NCBI GenBank assembly: GCA_045837725.1
Contig: JBEWZL010000049.1
Span: 62,001-126,000 of the forward strand
Direction of reading: 5' to 3'
Source of the DNA: Vermamoeba vermiformis
Lineage: Eukaryota
Length of the DNA stretch: 64,000 bases
Positions 44,455-57,599 of the stretch are shown here, one piece after another. A program made the position numbers and the translations under genes. Position 1 is the stretch's first letter. Every line of letters begins with the position of its first letter. The notes under the pieces are model-generated. The model was not told the DNA's origin and ran no database searches. It saw only the letters and a program-made list of their open reading frames with translations.

Positions 44455-46138
44455 TCAGTAAGCTATTAATACAACCAGAATCATCGCCGAACCAAAGATC
44501 GAGCCAAGAATGGATCCGGTAGAGGCGATTGACGTGGGAACAGTAACTTTTGGTACAGGAGGCAAACTCTGTTGAGGGACAGATTCTGCAACCGGTGCAG
44601 CAATAGGTACTTCAACTGTTCTATTTGATATAAATTCAACAGCGTAGGTAATGTAGCCAGGTGCAATCATCATTCTATCAAAGCTAGCTGGCTGGCCGTT
44701 GTTTGCGTCAACAGTCGCTAGTACAGTCCAGTTATAGTCTCTAGATTCAGAATAGAGTAAAAGGTGCTTGAAATCGAAGTCTTTGTCGCTCCAATTGATG
44801 CCAGACTGCTCGTATAATGCCGGATCAAAGGCCACTGCGACAGGGGCTCTCTTGGTGATGTACCACACTCGGGCTGATCGAATGACATTTCCGTTCAATG
44901 GAATCATCTCCAGCGTACTGTTAATGTTGTGGCCTACAAGCGTGTACTGTTGTGACCAATCAGTTGTCGAGTTCGACGAAAGTACGAGCTCAGCTGAGCG
45001 ACATGTGCCGTTGTCAAACAGAAAACCTTCACCAGAACGGGAAATTCCCGTCACATTAGCCTTGAACTCCTCGTTAGTGAAACTAGGGTCGTTCAAGTTG
45101 CTGTCCAATCCGTGATTTATCATTAGAAGAGCGTAGACAAATGACTGTTCAAAGGAAGTAAAGTTTGAAGACACAATTATATCAAACATGTCAGCAGTAG
45201 CGTAATTACTTCCGTCAATATTGCATCCAATCAGCGTTCGTTTGTCTGCAGCAAATGTTAGAGAGCGGAATTGTTGTTGTCGTTAACTTTAAGAAATTAC
45301 CTGAGCTTGAAAATGCTGGAACTGGATACGAATTGACAGATCCAAAGCCATAACCTTCGAGACGCATAGTTAGTCCCGTGCTTTGGCTGAGTTGGACTTG
45401 AGCGATCATTCTGGAATCAACAGCCCATTTGTCAGAGCTAACCAAAACAGAATTTTCCTTATTGCCATTAACGAACAGAATTAATTGCACGGAAATTGTA
45501 TCTAATAAAGGCAAATTAGTTGAATCTGGAGTGCGATCGGATCTGATTCGGTTACCTCGGGCGAAAACGATTGCATATCCCTCCGTTGGATTTGATTGCT
45601 GGGCAAACAAGGTATGGGTTCCTTGCGAGGGAGCTTTGAAGACAGACATAAACGCAAACTCGCTCATTAAGGGAATAGAACGGGAACTATTCAGATCGTT
45701 GCTTAGGCATCTAAAATTTGCTTTGTTAGTACCTATTATAATAGTTATGAAACTTTAATACGATGGATCATTCGGGATGTTAAAAACGTGCACGTTTTCG
45801 CCATTCACTGAATGAAACTTACTGAGATCCGTTGAATCTAACGCTCAAAGGCAGACCATCTTCCTCTTGTAACCACGGCGCGTGGCCAACTGTAGGATAA
45901 AACACGGTGTCGTTGACGTTAACCCATTGTGGTTCTCTGATCTCGGTTAGTTCAAGGCCAAATAATTTGCAATATTCAGAATAACTTACGGAGCACCAAC
46001 GAATGTCGCTCCACTCAGTGCTACGGAGGCTTTGTTCGCAAGTCCAGGGAGACCAAGAGGATATTCACTAGGGTTCCAACTGTGAACGGAACGTAACAAC
46101 GCTGCAACAAAAAGACCGAAAATAATTGCACGGTGCAT
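44455..46138 (-). CDS. Secreted, probably GPI-anchored surface glycoprotein
   Basis: Signal peptide MHRAIIFGLFVAALLRSVHS, many N-x-S/T sites, P/V-rich stalk and a hydrophobic C-terminal end with no cytosolic tail. Confidence 0.7.
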
Positions 46139-46233
46139 TGTGTTGTTGCAACGAAAGTGCTGATTTTATAAAACGAAAACTTTTTTAACTTTAAAGGGTC
46201 GTCAAGCACGTGAGAGAATCTTTTGAGGTTTTT

Positions 46234-46785
46234 CTAAAAGTTCGCGTTGATTGTTGATAATAAAATTGAAAGCTGCGCGCTTATGATAGCTTGCAGAGAT
46301 TTGTGATGCCATTGTGGCTGGTTCTTTTTGCGATATTGGATCTTCTCGAGACAGCTGAGACAGAAGTCGCTGTCCAAGGAACGTGCACGACAGCAAAGAC
46401 AGTGATATTGGTTCGAAAATACTGCTCCGTTAGAGTGAGTAAAGCATATGTAACTAGTATGTGGGCGTACCTTTCGCAGTCTTGAGTCTGTCGGCGACAA
46501 CTTTTTCTATTTCCACTTCTATTAATTTTAATGCAATGAGGCTTTATAAAGGAGTTACTTGGTTTGAACAATTAACCACAGAGGTTCAGAGTTAATAATA
46601 ATAAAGAGCACGAATATTCCACATATTAAAAATTAAAATTAAAGTGTCCGCAACTGTCACGCCAGCAATAGATTTACTAGCATACCTTACTATTTATCCT
46701 GCTTAATTCTTTTTTTTTTAATGATGGTACTGGCAAGCTCAGCTGCTGTTCGCGCCAATGTAACATTTGCTTGGCTTCTTACCAT
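46234..46785 (-). CDS. Small hypothetical protein with CxxC...CxxC motif
   Basis: Three exons join in frame: MVRSQANV...|KVEIEKVVADRLKTAK|VFSNQYHCLCCRARSLDSDFCLSCLEK. Confidence 0.35.
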
Positions 46786-47012
46786 TATGTAATTAATTTC
46801 ACGCTATATTGGACATTTATTCGTGTTTGTGTTGATTTTGGTTTGTCGTTGTCGTTCAGTTAATTGATAAGAAAATCAAATGGAAAAAGTGCGTTCATTA
46901 ACTTCCAGCCTGTTCATCGCAAACAGCGCTAAACGACTGCATTTATTTGTATAAATGGTATAGATTATTTATTGTTATTTATTTTATTGTAGACACGTCA
47001 ATCACGTTAGAA

Positions 47013-50000
47013 ATGTTTGGCCGGATCGCACCGCTGTGCAAGGCAGTTACAAACGTAGCCATAAAAGCACCTAAAAATAGGACACTATTTTCCACACCAG
47101 TATTGCGAATAACAAACAAATGTAAGTAAATTGAACTCACTTGCCGGATCTAATTTTAATGAAAAATCGATTTTAATTCATCTGTTTCGTATTTCGACTA
47201 ATTATTAACGAATATTGCTTTGTGGTAGCCAAACCAACCACCCATGTAAATACTACCTCTTTATTCCATCGATCCAAGCTGGATCTGAATACTATTCGAA
47301 CACAATCCACAAAATCGGTAAGCACATGGTATTATTTTCGAGAATAATCTCGTAACGTCGTTGGCTTGCATCATAATTCTCTGCGTGTCTTTGCAGTGGA
47401 GAGTTTGCCAGTCAAATTTTAATTTTTGACGGTCAAATTTAATCGAGCCCAGCAACAAAGTTTTGCTAAATTACTCGGATAGACATTTTTTTATATTTAC
47501 TACGTGGACCGTTGTACCAATAATATTCATTAATACAATGGAGAAAAACGATAAGAAAGCGAAGGTACAAACGCGATCTAATACAAACCGTCTAATAGTC
47601 GTTAGAGAGTTTGACAGTTTCCCTTTATTTACAAAATATTATTGTAGGTCGCAAAGAAGGAAAAGGCCTTCGATAGAGTCAAGTTTGATGAGCTTCTCAG
47701 AAGAAGATTCTTCATCGCTCAATCCTTTGAAATCTATAAAGGTAACCAGCCGTTTTATTAATTTTTTAATAATTATTAACGAATAAACGCCCTATAAACG
47801 AGGATAATAAACGGGTATCAATCCGTAGGATAATTTTTAAATTAATTTTGAAATGATTTTGGTATTAAATATTCCGACTGACGATTTTCTTAAAGGTGTT
47901 AAGGGTTTGTACGACTATGGTCCACCAGGTAGTGCTGTTAAGACCAACGTCCTCAATTTGTGGAGACAATTCTTCATTTTGGAGGATAGCATTTTTGAGA
48001 TCGAGTGCAGCGCTTTGACTCCTGAACCCGTCTTAGTGTACGTTTAAATACCACTAATAATTCGTAAATATATTTATACTATTTTTGCGCGTATTAAACG
48101 CATTTTTTAACAATTTTTGTAGTGCATCTGGCCACGTTGCAAAATTTACCGATCTGATGGTTCGCGATGAAAAGACTGGTGACTGCTTCAGAGCTGATCA
48201 CTTGGTCAAGGAACACATTGACAAATTACTCGAAAAGAAGGATATTAAGCCTGCCGACAAAGAAAAGTTGGAGAAGGATCGCGTCATGGTCGACACTCTC
48301 AGCGCTGAGGATCTGGGTGCGATGATTAAATCTTTCAAGATTAAGTCCCCCGATACTGGCAACCCCGTCAGCGATCCCTTCCCCTTCAATTTGATGTTCT
48401 CTACTCAAATCGGTCCTACTGGTAAATTGCCTGGGTACGTCACTGACAACAATTTTTTTGAATATTTTTATTAATTTTATTTTTGCAGCTACCTCCGCCC
48501 TGAGACCGCGCAAGGTATGTTCGTCAACTTTAAGCGCTTGTTGGAGTACAACGCTGGCAAATTGCCCTTCGCTGCCGCTCAAATCGGTCCTGCCTTCAGA
48601 AACGAAATTGCTCCTCGTTCTGGTTTGTTGCGTGTCAGGTACGTCCCATTAAATCTGCAAAAATAGCCATATTTGGAAAAATTGAATGTAATATTGACAC
48701 GATGACACCTATTTTAGAGAATTTACTTTGGCCGAAATTGAACACTTTGTTTTGCCCGATCAAAAGAACCACCCCAAGTTCAGCTCTGTGGCCGACACTG
48801 TGATCCGATTCTTCCCTCGTGACTTGCAGCTCGAGAATAAGGACCCCGTTCCCGGTACTATCGGTGATATGGTCGCCAAGGGTGTTGTCAACAACGAGAC
48901 TCTCGGTTACTTCATTGCCCGCGTGCACTTGTTCTTGATCAAGATCGGTATTGAGCCCTCTCGCTTGCGATTCAGACAGCACTTGTCCACTGAAATGGCT
49001 CACTATGCCTGCGACTGCTGGGACGCTGAAATTGAAACTTCTTACGTAAGTCACTTACAGGCCTCAGTTTGACACGTGTCATATTGACTGACGCTTTTGA
49101 ACCAGGGTTGGATTGAATGCGTCGGTATTGCTGACAGATCCGCTTACGACTTGACCGTGCACACCAAGCACTCCGGCGAGCCTCTCGTCGCTTTCGTTGA
49201 ATTCCCCGATGGTCCCGTAAGTCCATGACTGTCGCACTAGGCAAGCTTTATCACGTGCTAATCGAGTCCTGTTAGAAAACCATTGAGGTCATTGAAATGG
49301 AAGTCGACAAGAAGAGCATTGGCGCGACTTTCAAGGGTGCCGCCAAGCCTTTGTTGACTTACTTGGAGAGCATTCAAAACAGCCAAGAAGAATTGGCCAA
49401 GTTGTTGGCTAAATTCGAAGCCGAGCCGTAAGTCCAAAGCACGATATAGAGGTCCGTATTAACTTTTTATAGTGAGCCTACCATCGAAGGTTTGAAGGTC
49501 ACCAAGACGATGGTCAAGGTCCAAAAGGTCCAAAAGAAGATCACCGGTCAAAACATCACTCCTTCCGTCATCGAGCCCGCATTCGGTGTTGGTCGTATTA
49601 TCTACTGTTTGCTCGAACACTCGTACTACGTGCGTGAAGGTGACGAGCAACGCGCAGTGTTGGCCATTAAGCCGATCGTTGCCCCCACCAAGTGCAGCAT
49701 TTTGCCCCTCAGTCAAAACGCTCAATTCACTCCCACCGTCCAAAAGCTTTGTAAGTCCATAGCACTTGAATAGCCTTATTTAGACGAGCCCTAATATCAC
49801 TTTAATATAGCCAAGCTCTTGACTTCTCGTGGTATTTCGATCAAGGTCGACGAGTCTAGCACCAACATTGGTCGAAGGTAGGAGTTGTTATATTACCTAT
49901 TTAAGGCTAGTATATTAATGTGAATGGTACACTAGATACGCCCGAACGGACGAGATTGGTATTCCCTTCGGTATCACCATCGACTTTGACACGTTGAAGG

Positions 50001-50216
50001 ACAACACTATCACTCTCCGTGAACGTGACTCAACTAACCAGATCCGCATTAGCGTGCGTACAAATGGACCCATGTATTATATAGCCTTATACTAACGTTG
50101 TGTTATTAATGCAGATCGATGAAGTCGCCGAGGTGTTGCACCAATTGATCAACGACAACATTACTTGGGACGAAGTTTACGCCAAGTATCCTCACCAAGA
50201 ACAGCCTCAAGATTAA
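47013..50216 (+). CDS. GARS1: Glycyl-tRNA synthetase (alpha2 type); mitochondrial isoform from 47013, cytosolic from 47538
   Basis: [71 protein letters not shown] and [11 protein letters not shown]. Confidence 0.97.
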
Positions 50217-50526
50217 GACCAGTGTTCTTAAAAGCACGAGTGTTGGCAAATGCTACATTGTTCTCGTAATAAAAGAACGAAACATTAAGCAATCGGTGAG
50301 CTTTCTTATGAGGAAAATTCATGAATGAGTGGTTCCTGCCTAGAGTTCAAATTATCACAAGCGATTAGGAAATATTGGCTCAACCTTATTGCCAAGTTAA
50401 AGGCCCATTGTCAAAAACATGCGCTCGGATACCTGCGTGTTAAAATTTGACTACGGCCACATTATGCAAGCCTAATGTCATGGTTTACTTCACTTTCCCG
50501 TTCACCAATTAACAAGGGGCATTGAA

Positions 50527-51523
50527 TCACCAGTCATTGCAAACACTACCCAAGTTAAGTTGCATAAACATCAGCAGATATTTCTCTAGCTGAGCAAGCC
50601 TTTCACTGAGTTCTGGGTCCTCATCCTCGTCATCCTCGTCATCCTCGTCACCCTCCTCTTCGTCACCCTTGTCATCCTTCTCATCCTTGTCACTGCCTTC
50701 ACTCCCTTGGTGTGTTTCTGGTTCCGCACTCCGAAGATCTTCAATTCTAACCTCCAAATGCTCCTCTACTACCTCCAGCAACTCATCTAACTCAAAAGTA
50801 CGACCTTTGTAGTAGCCCTCCGAGTCTTTCGCAAATTGTCCCATCTCCCAAATATCAACCTCACCTGCAAGCATTGTTTAGGAAAAGCACGAGTTGAATC
50901 CGGAAAAACCCAGATTAACTTTACCTTCAGGAGCAAGAGTTTGTCGGTACGGGAAGTGCTCTTTTGGTGCCAAGGATGTGCGCCATATTTCAAATCGCTC
51001 TATTACAGGCAGTGCTTTAGAGTTCTCCTTGCGAAATGCGGTTAGCGCATCCAATTCCTTTTTTAGCGCCGTAATCTCCTTCTGTCGATGTCCATAAATT
51101 AATCAATAGTCACCGCAGAATATGTAAGTCCTTACGTTTATTATCTCGTCTAACTTGCGCGAATCCGTTTCAATCTTAATGCCGTTTACCAATTTCAATC
51201 TAGCAATTCTCTAATATTCGCATTAATAATACTTATAAATAATACTTATAATAAGTTACCGGAATTAGATTACAATAGAAATATTTAGGAAGAAAATACT
51301 TAAGTTGAATTTTTTAAGATCGCCTTACTTGCGTTATAAATCGGCTTCTTTCGCTATGAGATACTTTATTCCAATTTTTGGCTACTCGTGCAACGCGTAT
51401 AATATCAACATCGCTCAAATACTTGAAGATCTCACGAAGAGCGTCTGTACTGAGGTCATCTGGATCTAATTTGCTGCGCTTTGCTTCGCGTTCCTCATCA
51501 ATATTTGATCCTTTTCGCTTCAT
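50527..51523 (-). CDS. F-box protein with acidic C-terminal region
   Basis: DLSTDALREIFKYLSDVDIIRVARVAKNWNKV F-box after an NLS-like N-terminus. Multi-exon. Confidence 0.7.
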
Positions 51524-51852
51524 GTTGTCCTGAACAAATATAAACTGCGAAGTTCCACAAACGGTCTGATCGCTGAACACGAAAAATTAAACTATGCTAA
51601 ATGGCTTAGTACTCAATTAGTAGCCTCCCAAGCGTTGGTGTTCGTGCAATGAATTTTTCTGGTTCGTCGTGGAAGAGCAGCTTCAACAGTCGGAAATTTC
51701 ATTGGCGCCGCTCGTTCAATTCACTGGCCAGATCGAATGCTCTCGAAAGTTCCTTTTTGCTCTATTAGGACAATTAAGGAAATATGCGGAAGCCGCTGGC
51801 CAAAGCATAAAAGAGCAGAAGCGGATTCGATTATTTCAACGATGATAACAAC

Positions 51853-52397
51853 ATGAGCACCACACAACAAGCTACTCCTAGTCCGATCAAGCCTCCTTTT
51901 ACCAAAGAGAGCGCTGAAGCTAAAGTCAAAGCCGCTGAAAATCTCTGGAACACTAGAGATCCTGAAAGAGTTATTTTGGCGTATACTCCGGACACCAAGT
52001 AAGTGCACTAATAAATTATGATCATATATTAATATTTAATAGATGGAGAAATCGAGATCTGTTTTTGAATGGCCGCGAAGAAATCAAAATATTCTTGCAA
52101 AATAAATGGAAAAAAGAGCTGGACTACAAGCTTCATAAGGAATTATTCTGTTTTACTGATAATAGAATTGCCGTCCATTTTTATTACGAATGGCACAATG
52201 AGAAAGGAGAAGTACGTATGAATTTTTTTGATCTCGAGTGTCCTTCAATTCAATAAATTGCTAATCCTTCATTATTACAGTGGTTCCGCGCCTATGGTAA
52301 TGAGCATTGGGATTTTAATGAAGATGGATTAATGAAAGTCCGAGATGCAAGCATAAATGACGTCCCTATTAAAGAAAGCGAGAGAATTCTCCTTTAA
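51853..52397 (+). CDS. DUF1348 / SnoaL-NTF2-like protein
   Basis: [50 protein letters not shown] and [12 protein letters not shown]...RDASIND. 2 introns. Confidence 0.88.
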
Positions 52398-52447
52398 ATG
52401 TACCGTTTGATATCTACAATAAATGTTTATTGATTGTCAAGTTTCGC

Positions 52448-55400
52448 TTATTGTTTCTGTTTTTTGTTCGGTCGCTTGTCAGATGTGCCATTTGACTCTT
52501 GTTTTCTCTTCACACCAGTAACGCCATTAGTCTGTTGTTGCGGCTTCTTATTGTCCTTGGCAACTTGAGGCTTAGCAGTCTCTTTAGGAGGTTGAGGCTT
52601 GGTAGGGGCTTGAGCCTTAGGTGCCTCTTCTGTGGATCCAGCAGGCTTTTTCTTTTCGGCTGGTTTTTCTTTGTTATTAACAGCGGTAGTCTTGTTATTG
52701 TTATTGACTTGTTGGCCCTCCTTCTTATCGCCCTTTTCTTTCTTATCCTTCTTTTCTTTCTTGTTATTATTTTCTTTGGGCATCTCGGTGATGGTTCTAC
52801 AGCATCGAGTTAGACAGGTGTCACTTTGCTACACGCCACTACTTACCCTTCACTGATCATGCTCTTCAGCTGGTGAGCGGTCATCAGAACAGCTTGCTTG
52901 CGATCGTATTCAGGGCTCGCTACGGCGGTGTCAATGGCGGCAACCAAACTCTTCCAGTCGCCAAGGGTCTTGTGCAACTAATAGGAATTGACTATTAGTA
53001 CGTGCAAGTATAGATACCGAGCAACGGTAGTACGTACAGTATTAACATCAAAGTTGGCAACAAAGGCCCTCAATAAGCTCGTGGTGCACTTGTTCATGTC
53101 GGCAAATTCAGCGCGTGAAGGCTTCTTTTCTTTCTTAGTAATAGCTGCTTTGTATCCAGCAATCCAATCGGGAACAATACTCTTCAGCTTGTCCTTGTGG
53201 TCAGAGACTGATTTGTTCTTGAGCATTTGCACGAGAGGTTGCATGCACTTGAGTTCTGACGAATTTTTCACGGCAGCAGCAACGATGTCTGCCAAGGCCC
53301 AACCGAGATCAGGATTATTATACAAGAATGGCTATATAACAATATCATTAGCACGAACACATTTGATACTCATCGTATTGAACTTACGCCGTAGAAATCA
53401 GGGGTCAATGTCGTGTTCTTCTTGTTGGCAAGAACACTGAAAGCATTAGTGAAGGTCTGTCGGGCAAACGGGAGGTCCAAAGCACCGAGCTAACGTCATA
53501 TTAATATATGGCAACTACGATAATGTGAGCTACTTACGGGCTTCTTGTCGGACTTATTAATGTGAGTCAACACCTTGATAATGAAGGCAACACCGGCACG
53601 TGACAAGTCAATGATGTGACGGATGTTAGACTTCAAGCCAATGTTCAACAACGAGTCCAAAATAGTCTTCAACTCTTCAATGTCGTTGCCGCTCTCAGCA
53701 GGCTTGGCGGCCTTGACGACGCGGTTGTAGATGTTCGTGCAAGTCTTGAGGAAGTCCTTCAAGTTCTCTTTCTTCTTCAAGCCGTCCTTGACAATGGTCA
53801 ACAAGGGCGTCAACAATTTGTACACGAGTGGTGATTGCACGGTGTTGCTGTGAATCATTTTCTTCACGTAAGCGTCCAACAACGACAAGACACGAATACG
53901 GAAGTGAGTGAGTTGGTTTTCTTGATCTAAGCAGATATTAATAAGGTTGATAGTTAGAAGTATTAAGTCGTACCTTTGCGCTTCTTTTTCAATTCTTTTC
54001 GTTCAGCGAACATCTTGCTCAAGGCCTCATCCATCTTGAACATTTCATCGTCGTCAGCGGGAGGCAAGTCTTCCATTTCTTCGTCGGAATCTTCTTTTTC
54101 TTCCTTGGCTTTCTTGCCCTTCTTGCCCTCTTGTTTCTTGTCGTCCTTCATCTTGACGTCCTCTTTCTCTTCGCTGGACTCTTCGTCCTCGTCTTCCTCG
54201 TCATCATCCTCGTCATCGTCGTCATCTTCCTCTTCGTCATCATCGCCCTCTTTGTTCATGAACTTCTCTTGGAACTCGTCTAACTCCATGGCCTCGTCCT
54301 CTTCATCGTCATCCTCGTTGACATCTTCAACATCAATGACACTCTCAGGGTCCTCAACGGCAGACAAGAGAATGCCAATGCACTCAGCGGACCAATCAGC
54401 GATGAATGACACGAAGACTTGGCTGACAATCTCACGCAACAAGTGCGACTCCTTCACCAGCATGCCAACAAGCACGTCAGTAAGAACTTCTAAGGGACCA
54501 GCTTCTTCGTCGTGATCGTGCTCTTCGTCGCCGTGATCGTGTTTCTTGGCCTTCTTGGGAGTCTTTTCCTTCTTAGCCTTCTTGGGCGAGGCCTCGAAGA
54601 TCTTTTGCAAGCACATTTCGATTTCGGGAACGAGATCTGCAGTCTCTTCAGGCACGTTGTTGAACTCCAACAAGACGAAGATGACCAACGATTCAAATGC
54701 ACGAAGTCGTCGGACTTTAACGTCGTTGTTGTCGCCCTTGCTAGCTTGATCACGCTGCAAAAAAGATCAAGTCAGAATGACTGAACAGTAAAGAACAAAA
54801 AATGATGTTATGAGTTGAATTAGCCTTCAGAAACTCAGTACGATGTGAAACTCTCAAAGGAATCAAGTCACAGTGGATCATCATTGGCTAATTGTTTCAA
54901 CGCATTACTTTGCACTATTTCTACTCACCATTTTACGGATCTTCTCCAAGAGAGCAAGGCCGGCACTGTAGGCCTCCTTGGCTTCGTCGTCTTGGATAGC
55001 TTGTTTGCGAGTGAATTGACCGGAGTTATCCAATTGAGCTTGGAACTTGACCAGCACATCACCCCAGAACTCACCGCTCTTCATCAAGTTGACGCCGTCA
55101 ATAGTTTTGTTGCCATTAACGACCTCCTCTTCAGAGCTAGGTTCATCGTCTCCTTCATCACCGTTCTTTTCTTTGCCTTCACTTGACTTTTTGCCTGTAC
55201 ATCGATGTTAGATCCAGTCAAATAAAATTTTGGGACGGCTTATTACGTACTTGTCTTAGCAGCCTTGTACAAGAAGTCCAACAACGAGAACAAACGCTCT
55301 TTGCAGCTGTTTCTCATGCGAGCGCTCAGTTCAGGTTGCAATTTAACGGACAACTTCGACAGTACTTCATCTTCCTTCTTAGGCGTGCCTTTGCTCTTGC

Positions 55401-57397
55401 CTTCCTTGCGCACGTAGAAAGCGTGGAAGAACAAGAACTTAAGCGCGTAGATCGTCAAGGCCTCATCTTTGAAGGCGAGAGGAGTGCGAAGCATGAAGTA
55501 GATCTGATCCAAAGCAACGCTACGCTTAATATCGACAATCTTTTGCTTGCCTTGCTCGACGTTTGTTTCACCCTCACTATTGATAGATATTAGCACTATA
55601 ACAGCATCCTATTAGAGCACTTACAGGTCCTCTTCTTTAACGTGAACTTCATTGAAGTCGTTAATAGCCTTGTTCAAATATTCGTGGGCCTTTTCAGCGC
55701 TAACATGAGCCAACAAAGCCGAGACAGTTCTAACAAGAGCATTAATATAGGCTCGCTTTGTATTATCGTTTGTTGCGTACTTGGTCTGTGACTTGGCATC
55801 AAAGCTCTTCGAGTTGTCTTGCCCTTGCAATGCCTCTAACAATGCAGCGGCAGCAGCTTCACTCTTAGCTCCAGAGGCAGTAATAGAAGACAACTATATA
55901 CGATTAGAACATAGTAGATTAAATTTTGAGCAAGATCTACGTACCACTCGCTTAGCGGCTTGATAAGAGACTTCTTTCTTGAGAGTGGCTGTCTTGGCCA
56001 ATGAATCGACAATCTTAGGTGTTAAGACCATAGCAGCAAGAGCACCATCGATCTTATCGAACAACAAAGCCATCACGTGCAAGCCCATGTAACGAGCTGA
56101 TTTGCTGGCTTCAGATCCCAAACATTCGTCGAAGAGCTCTTTCATGGACTCAACAAATGCTCCAGGAGCGTCGCGCGATGCCAATTCCTCGAAGAGGTGA
56201 GGCCATACTGAATGGAATTTAGGGAATGCGTTTGCAGCTTTCTGCATTATAATAACATTAGGATCTGGAACTGACGAGTTTGTACGATTAACTTACCATC
56301 AACGCAGGCTTAAGTGTGGCGAAGTTCTTGCTTGAGATTAACTTAGATGACTTCCATTGGCCTCCAAGGGTAGTAACGTCAAACTAGAATGAAAGATTAG
56401 CTGGATCCATCCAAGGCTTCATTTTAAAGTCATTGTTACCTTGAATGTTTTCTTCATGTAGATTATTAACAACAAAGCGTCAGGTGATAATTCTTCGCTT
56501 GGAACTGAAATTTTGGGGAGTAATAAAGGCTGAATGTATTTCTCGTAATGTTCTTTTTTGAATTGGCTCAATGTACTGCCAACGACATCAAAGCAAAGTT
56601 CTCCTAAAAATTCTTTCTTTTTAGCATCGCGCAATAATTCTCCAATAATAACGGCTGCGACTTCTTTCATGTAAGTTTCAACTTCGGATTTTGACAGGGA
56701 AGCGACATCGCTCTATGGTATTGAATAAATTAATCAATCGTAATTAAGTTATAATATAGCGAAGTAAATATACCTCTAATCGCTTGGATCTGGCGAGGGT
56801 GGCCAATCCAAAAATGCGACCGAACAACTGTTCACGGGGAGCCTTGCCCTTAATCTCCTTTCCTTTTACTTCATTCTCTGCCATAATGGTATCCAATGCG
56901 GTCTTTGTTGAAACGCTAGGGAATGTCTTCAAAATCTGGATTGAGATTAGAAATGGATCCAAACCATCCAGCGTGTAATGAGATTATACGTCAAGGAATA
57001 TTTCATATATCAATAAACCTGTTTTTTCGAAATATTTTCGGGTTTATAACCGATAAAAAATCGCGATCAGCGAGTGCGATGCGAGATTTGTCAAAAAAAT
57101 AATTACCTCAGTAAGGACTGTAGCAAAACCTTGGCGAGCACCATCTCTCGATGATGCCAAACCCTTGCACAAACGCTTGACTGTGTATTGAAGTTCAAGG
57201 CAGTGATCGCCTGATTTGGATTCAGCTTTCTCGAACTCAGCTTGTTTATCAATAACAGTCTTTAAGAGTTCGGTACCAGCTGAGGTTCTTGTTTTAAGAT
57301 CCATCGACGCGAGGTCAGTGAAGAGTTGAAGAAACTCTGGACTGTACTTCAGCCCGACCTTCTGTACTTGCTTGGAGTGGTTATGAGTATCTGCCAT
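52448..57397 (-). CDS. MYBBP1A: MYBBP1A / Pol5 (DNA polymerase phi family) nucleolar protein
   Basis: LQYTVKRLCKGLASSRDGARQGFATVLTE, PKFHSVW, EVLTDVLVGML...SHLLRE, DDEMFKMDEALSKMF, HFRIRVLSLLD, an acidic tract and a basic tail. Confidence 0.9.
54818..54893 (-). ncRNA. Intronic box C/D snoRNA (MYBBP1A intron)
   Basis: 8-bp stem AATTAGCC/GGCTAATT, box C ATGATGA, box D CTGA. The guide TCGTACTGAG is complementary to the LSU sarcin-ricin region CUCAGUACGA. Confidence 0.78.
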
Positions 57398-57599
57398 TCT
57401 TGCAAGTATATGTGTTGTATTATCCAATACAATAAACAAACTGACGATGGTGCGCGATCCGTCAAAAAAATTCAGACTGCAAAAACTCAGCAGCAAAAAA
57501 AAGTTAGGCAAACGAAACATCAAAATAAGCTGACAACAACAAGCTAGTCATTAGCTTCGTACAAGAGCAAAATCGTATTTTACTCTTTGTATTATACAA

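Noticed and set aside
53976-54515. Poly-Ser ORF on the + strand
   Set aside because: Antisense of the MYBBP1A acidic tract.
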